A DNA stretch of 64,000 bases from an uncultured Pelagibacteraceae bacterium (GTDB lineage Bacteria; Pseudomonadota; Alphaproteobacteria; Pelagibacterales; AG-422-B15). Location of the stretch: NCBI GenBank assembly GCA_902578305.1, contig CACHCK010000003.1, positions 66,492 through 130,491 of the forward strand, read 5' to 3'. How positions within the stretch are numbered: the first letter of the stretch is position 1; each line of letters begins with the position of its first letter. Positions 62,310 through 64,000 of this stretch are shown one piece after another. Below the pieces are notes generated by a model, which made no database searches, had not been told where the DNA came from, and saw only the letters and a program-made list of their open reading frames with translations. The position numbers and the translations under genes were made by a program.

Positions 62310-62990
62310 TTAATATTTTCTTAATAATCCAATCAATTTACCCTGTATTTTAACTCTGTGAGCAGAAAAAATTTTAGTTTCATAAATTGGATTGGCACTT
62401 TCTAAAGCAATGCTCTGTCCTTTTTTTCTAATTCTTTTCAAAGTTGCCTCATGTTCGTCAATAAGTGCCACAATAATATCTCCACTTTCAGCAATATTTG
62501 TTTTTTTGATTAATACTGTATCTCCGTCATGAATACCTTCATTAATCATTGAGTCTCCCTCAACTGTTAGAGCATAGCTTTCTCCTATTGGCATCATTTC
62601 TCTAGGCACATCAACTGAGCAATCATTATGCTGAATTGCCTCAATTGGTGTTCCTGCAGCTATTTTTCCTAGGAGAGGTAAAGTAGTCAATTTATTTTGA
62701 GAGCCTTCGTCATTTTTTCCTGAAAAATCACCTATTACTAAATTCTTTTTATTTTTTTCAGATACTTTTATATTGGAAATGCCGTCTTTTATTATTTCTA
62801 ATGCGCGTGCTTTATGAGCAAGCCTTCTAACAAAACCTCTTTCCTCAAGAGCAATGACAAGCCTATGTATACCTGATTTTGATTTCAAGCTTAGAGCTGA
62901 CTTCATTTCCTCATATGATGGTGTTACTCCATTATTACTCTGGAATTTCAATATGTAGTTTAATAATTCTTTTTGTTTTATTGTTAGCAT
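62310..62990 (-). CDS. lexA: SOS repressor LexA
   Basis: MLTIKQ, PSYEEM, cleavage site IAAG, VEGDSM (Ser), ATLKR (Lys). Confidence 0.97.
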   Translation of the reverse strand: MLTIKQKELLNYILKFQSNNGVTPSYEEMKSALSLKSKSGIHRLVIALEERGFVRRLAHKARALEIIKDGISNIKVSEKNKKNLVIGDFSGKNDEGSQNKLTTLPLLGKIAAGTPIEAIQHNDCSVDVPREMMPIGESYALTVEGDSMINEGIHDGDTVLIKKTNIAESGDIIVALIDEHEATLKRIRKKGQSIALESANPIYETKIFSAHRVKIQGKLIGLLRKY

Positions 62991-63011
62991 TGATTCTTTT
63001 CCTATAACTAT

Positions 63012-63026
63012 GTTCTACCAATGTTC
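63012..63026 (-). promoter_or_regulatory. Alphaproteobacterial SOS box upstream of lexA
   Basis: Exact GTTC-taccaat-GTTC (GAAC-N7-GAAC on the minus strand), 21 nt upstream of the lexA ATG. Confidence 0.92.
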
Positions 63027-63089
63027 TTATTAAGTTTCAATAAAAAAAAATTGTTTAAATTCAATAATTTAGATTTTATATATGAACAA

Positions 63090-63881
63090 TTAATTTAGCA
63101 AATTGCTAATGTTTTTTTTCAAATTTTTTGATTTCATCAAATATTCACCGATCAAGTAGTTATTTATACCAGTCGTTTTTGCAATTTTATAGACATCGTT
63201 TTTGCTATGAAACCCGCTTTCAGATATTAATAATTTTTCATTATTTTCTATTTCTTTCATAAGATTAATTGTTATTTCTATATTAGTTGTAAAGTCATTT
63301 AAATTTCTATTGTTTATACCTAAGAGATTAGAATTCATTTTTTTAGATCTTTCTAATTCCTCAATATTATGAACTTCAACAATAGTATCCATATTCAGAT
63401 CATTAGCTATACTAATAAATTTTTTTGCATCATTATCTTTAAGCATTGATAAAATTATTAATATACAGTCAGCCCCATAAAGTTTACTTTCATAGATTTG
63501 ATACTCATCAACTATAAAATCTTTTCTTAGAATAGGTATTGATACATTTTTTTTTATTTTTTTTAAGTCAGCTATTTTTCCATTAAAGTATTTTTCGTCA
63601 GTTAATATTGATATACATGAAATATCACTTTTCTCATATTCTTTAGCAATTTTGATTAAATCGATATCATCATTTACAAATTTGCCCAAAGAAGGGCTTG
63701 CTTTTTTGATTTCACCAATTATTGATATTCTGTTTTTTTGACTATTCAATTTTTTGGAAAAAAAATTACCTTCATATTTTGATAAACTTATTTTTGATTC
63801 AATATTATTTTGAGGTAATAACTTCTTTTTTTTAGATACAAAATCTAATTTATAATTGTAGATTTCTTTTAATATCGACAT
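63090..63881 (-). CDS. trpC: Indole-3-glycerol phosphate synthase
   Basis: IGEIKKASPS, SILTD, ILRKDFI, GADCILII, VEVH, GINNRNL, ISESG. Confidence 0.96.
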   Translation of the reverse strand: MSILKEIYNYKLDFVSKKKKLLPQNNIESKISLSKYEGNFFSKKLNSQKNRISIIGEIKKASPSLGKFVNDDIDLIKIAKEYEKSDISCISILTDEKYFNGKIADLKKIKKNVSIPILRKDFIVDEYQIYESKLYGADCILIILSMLKDNDAKKFISIANDLNMDTIVEVHNIEELERSKKMNSNLLGINNRNLNDFTTNIEITINLMKEIENNEKLLISESGFHSKNDVYKIAKTTGINNYLIGEYLMKSKNLKKNISNLLN

Positions 63882-64000
63882 TAGTAATTGCTAAATTTTG
63901 ATAGACTCTCAATAACTTTAAGTGGTTGGCCACTTTTTATTATTTCTTCTATACTACGAAATGCTTGCAAAATATTATTTTCATTAATTATTTCATTATC
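63881..64000 (-). CDS. trpD: 3' end of anthranilate phosphoribosyltransferase (truncated by the window edge)
   Basis: Open frame from the edge: DNEIINENNILQAFRSIEEIIKSGQPLKVIESLSKFSNY*; TAATG coupling to trpC; resembles the TrpD C-terminal 'I-x-SG-x-A' helix. Confidence 0.7.
   Translation of the reverse strand, partial: DNEIINENNILQAFRSIEEIIKSGQPLKVIESLSKFSNY

Noticed and set aside
1-64000. CRISPR arrays, rRNA, IS elements, riboswitches, stop-codon reassignment
   Set aside because: No spaced repeats, rRNA signatures, transposases or recognisable aptamers seen; TAA, TAG and TGA all serve as normal stops

Overview
AT-rich, tightly packed segment of an alphaproteobacterial chromosome. Gene order and near-zero intergenic spacing suggest a streamlined marine lineage (Pelagibacterales/HIMB59-like; inferred, not shown). 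It is mostly core genes: parE, glnB/glnA, nnr, tRNA-Leu-tig-clpP-clpX-lon-hupB-tRNA-Val-tRNA-Asp, a complete nuoA-N operon running into birA-coaX-rnj-mce-proS-lolE-lolD-dnaE, then rpsB-tsf-pyrH-frr-uppS-cdsA-dxr-bamA-skp-lpxD-fabZ-lpxA-lpxI, converging on gltA-lexA-trpC-(trpD partial). Three accessory patches interrupt this backbone: ALDH plus atuC/atuD, esterase/DUF1543/DUF2256/hprA, and a ceramidase-like gene plus a three-gene detox-type operon after the tRNAs. The strongest oddities are (1) a P-II protein with intact ligand-binding motifs but a rewritten T-loop, heading a glnB-glnII-glnA operon with two classes of glutamine synthetase, and (2) an in-frame insertion of roughly 150 aa with a duplicated W-x-D-L-x-x-x-Q motif near the C-terminus of NuoG. 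I saw no CRISPR array, rRNA, transposase, integrase or prophage gene. Family assignments come from recalled motifs, not database searches.
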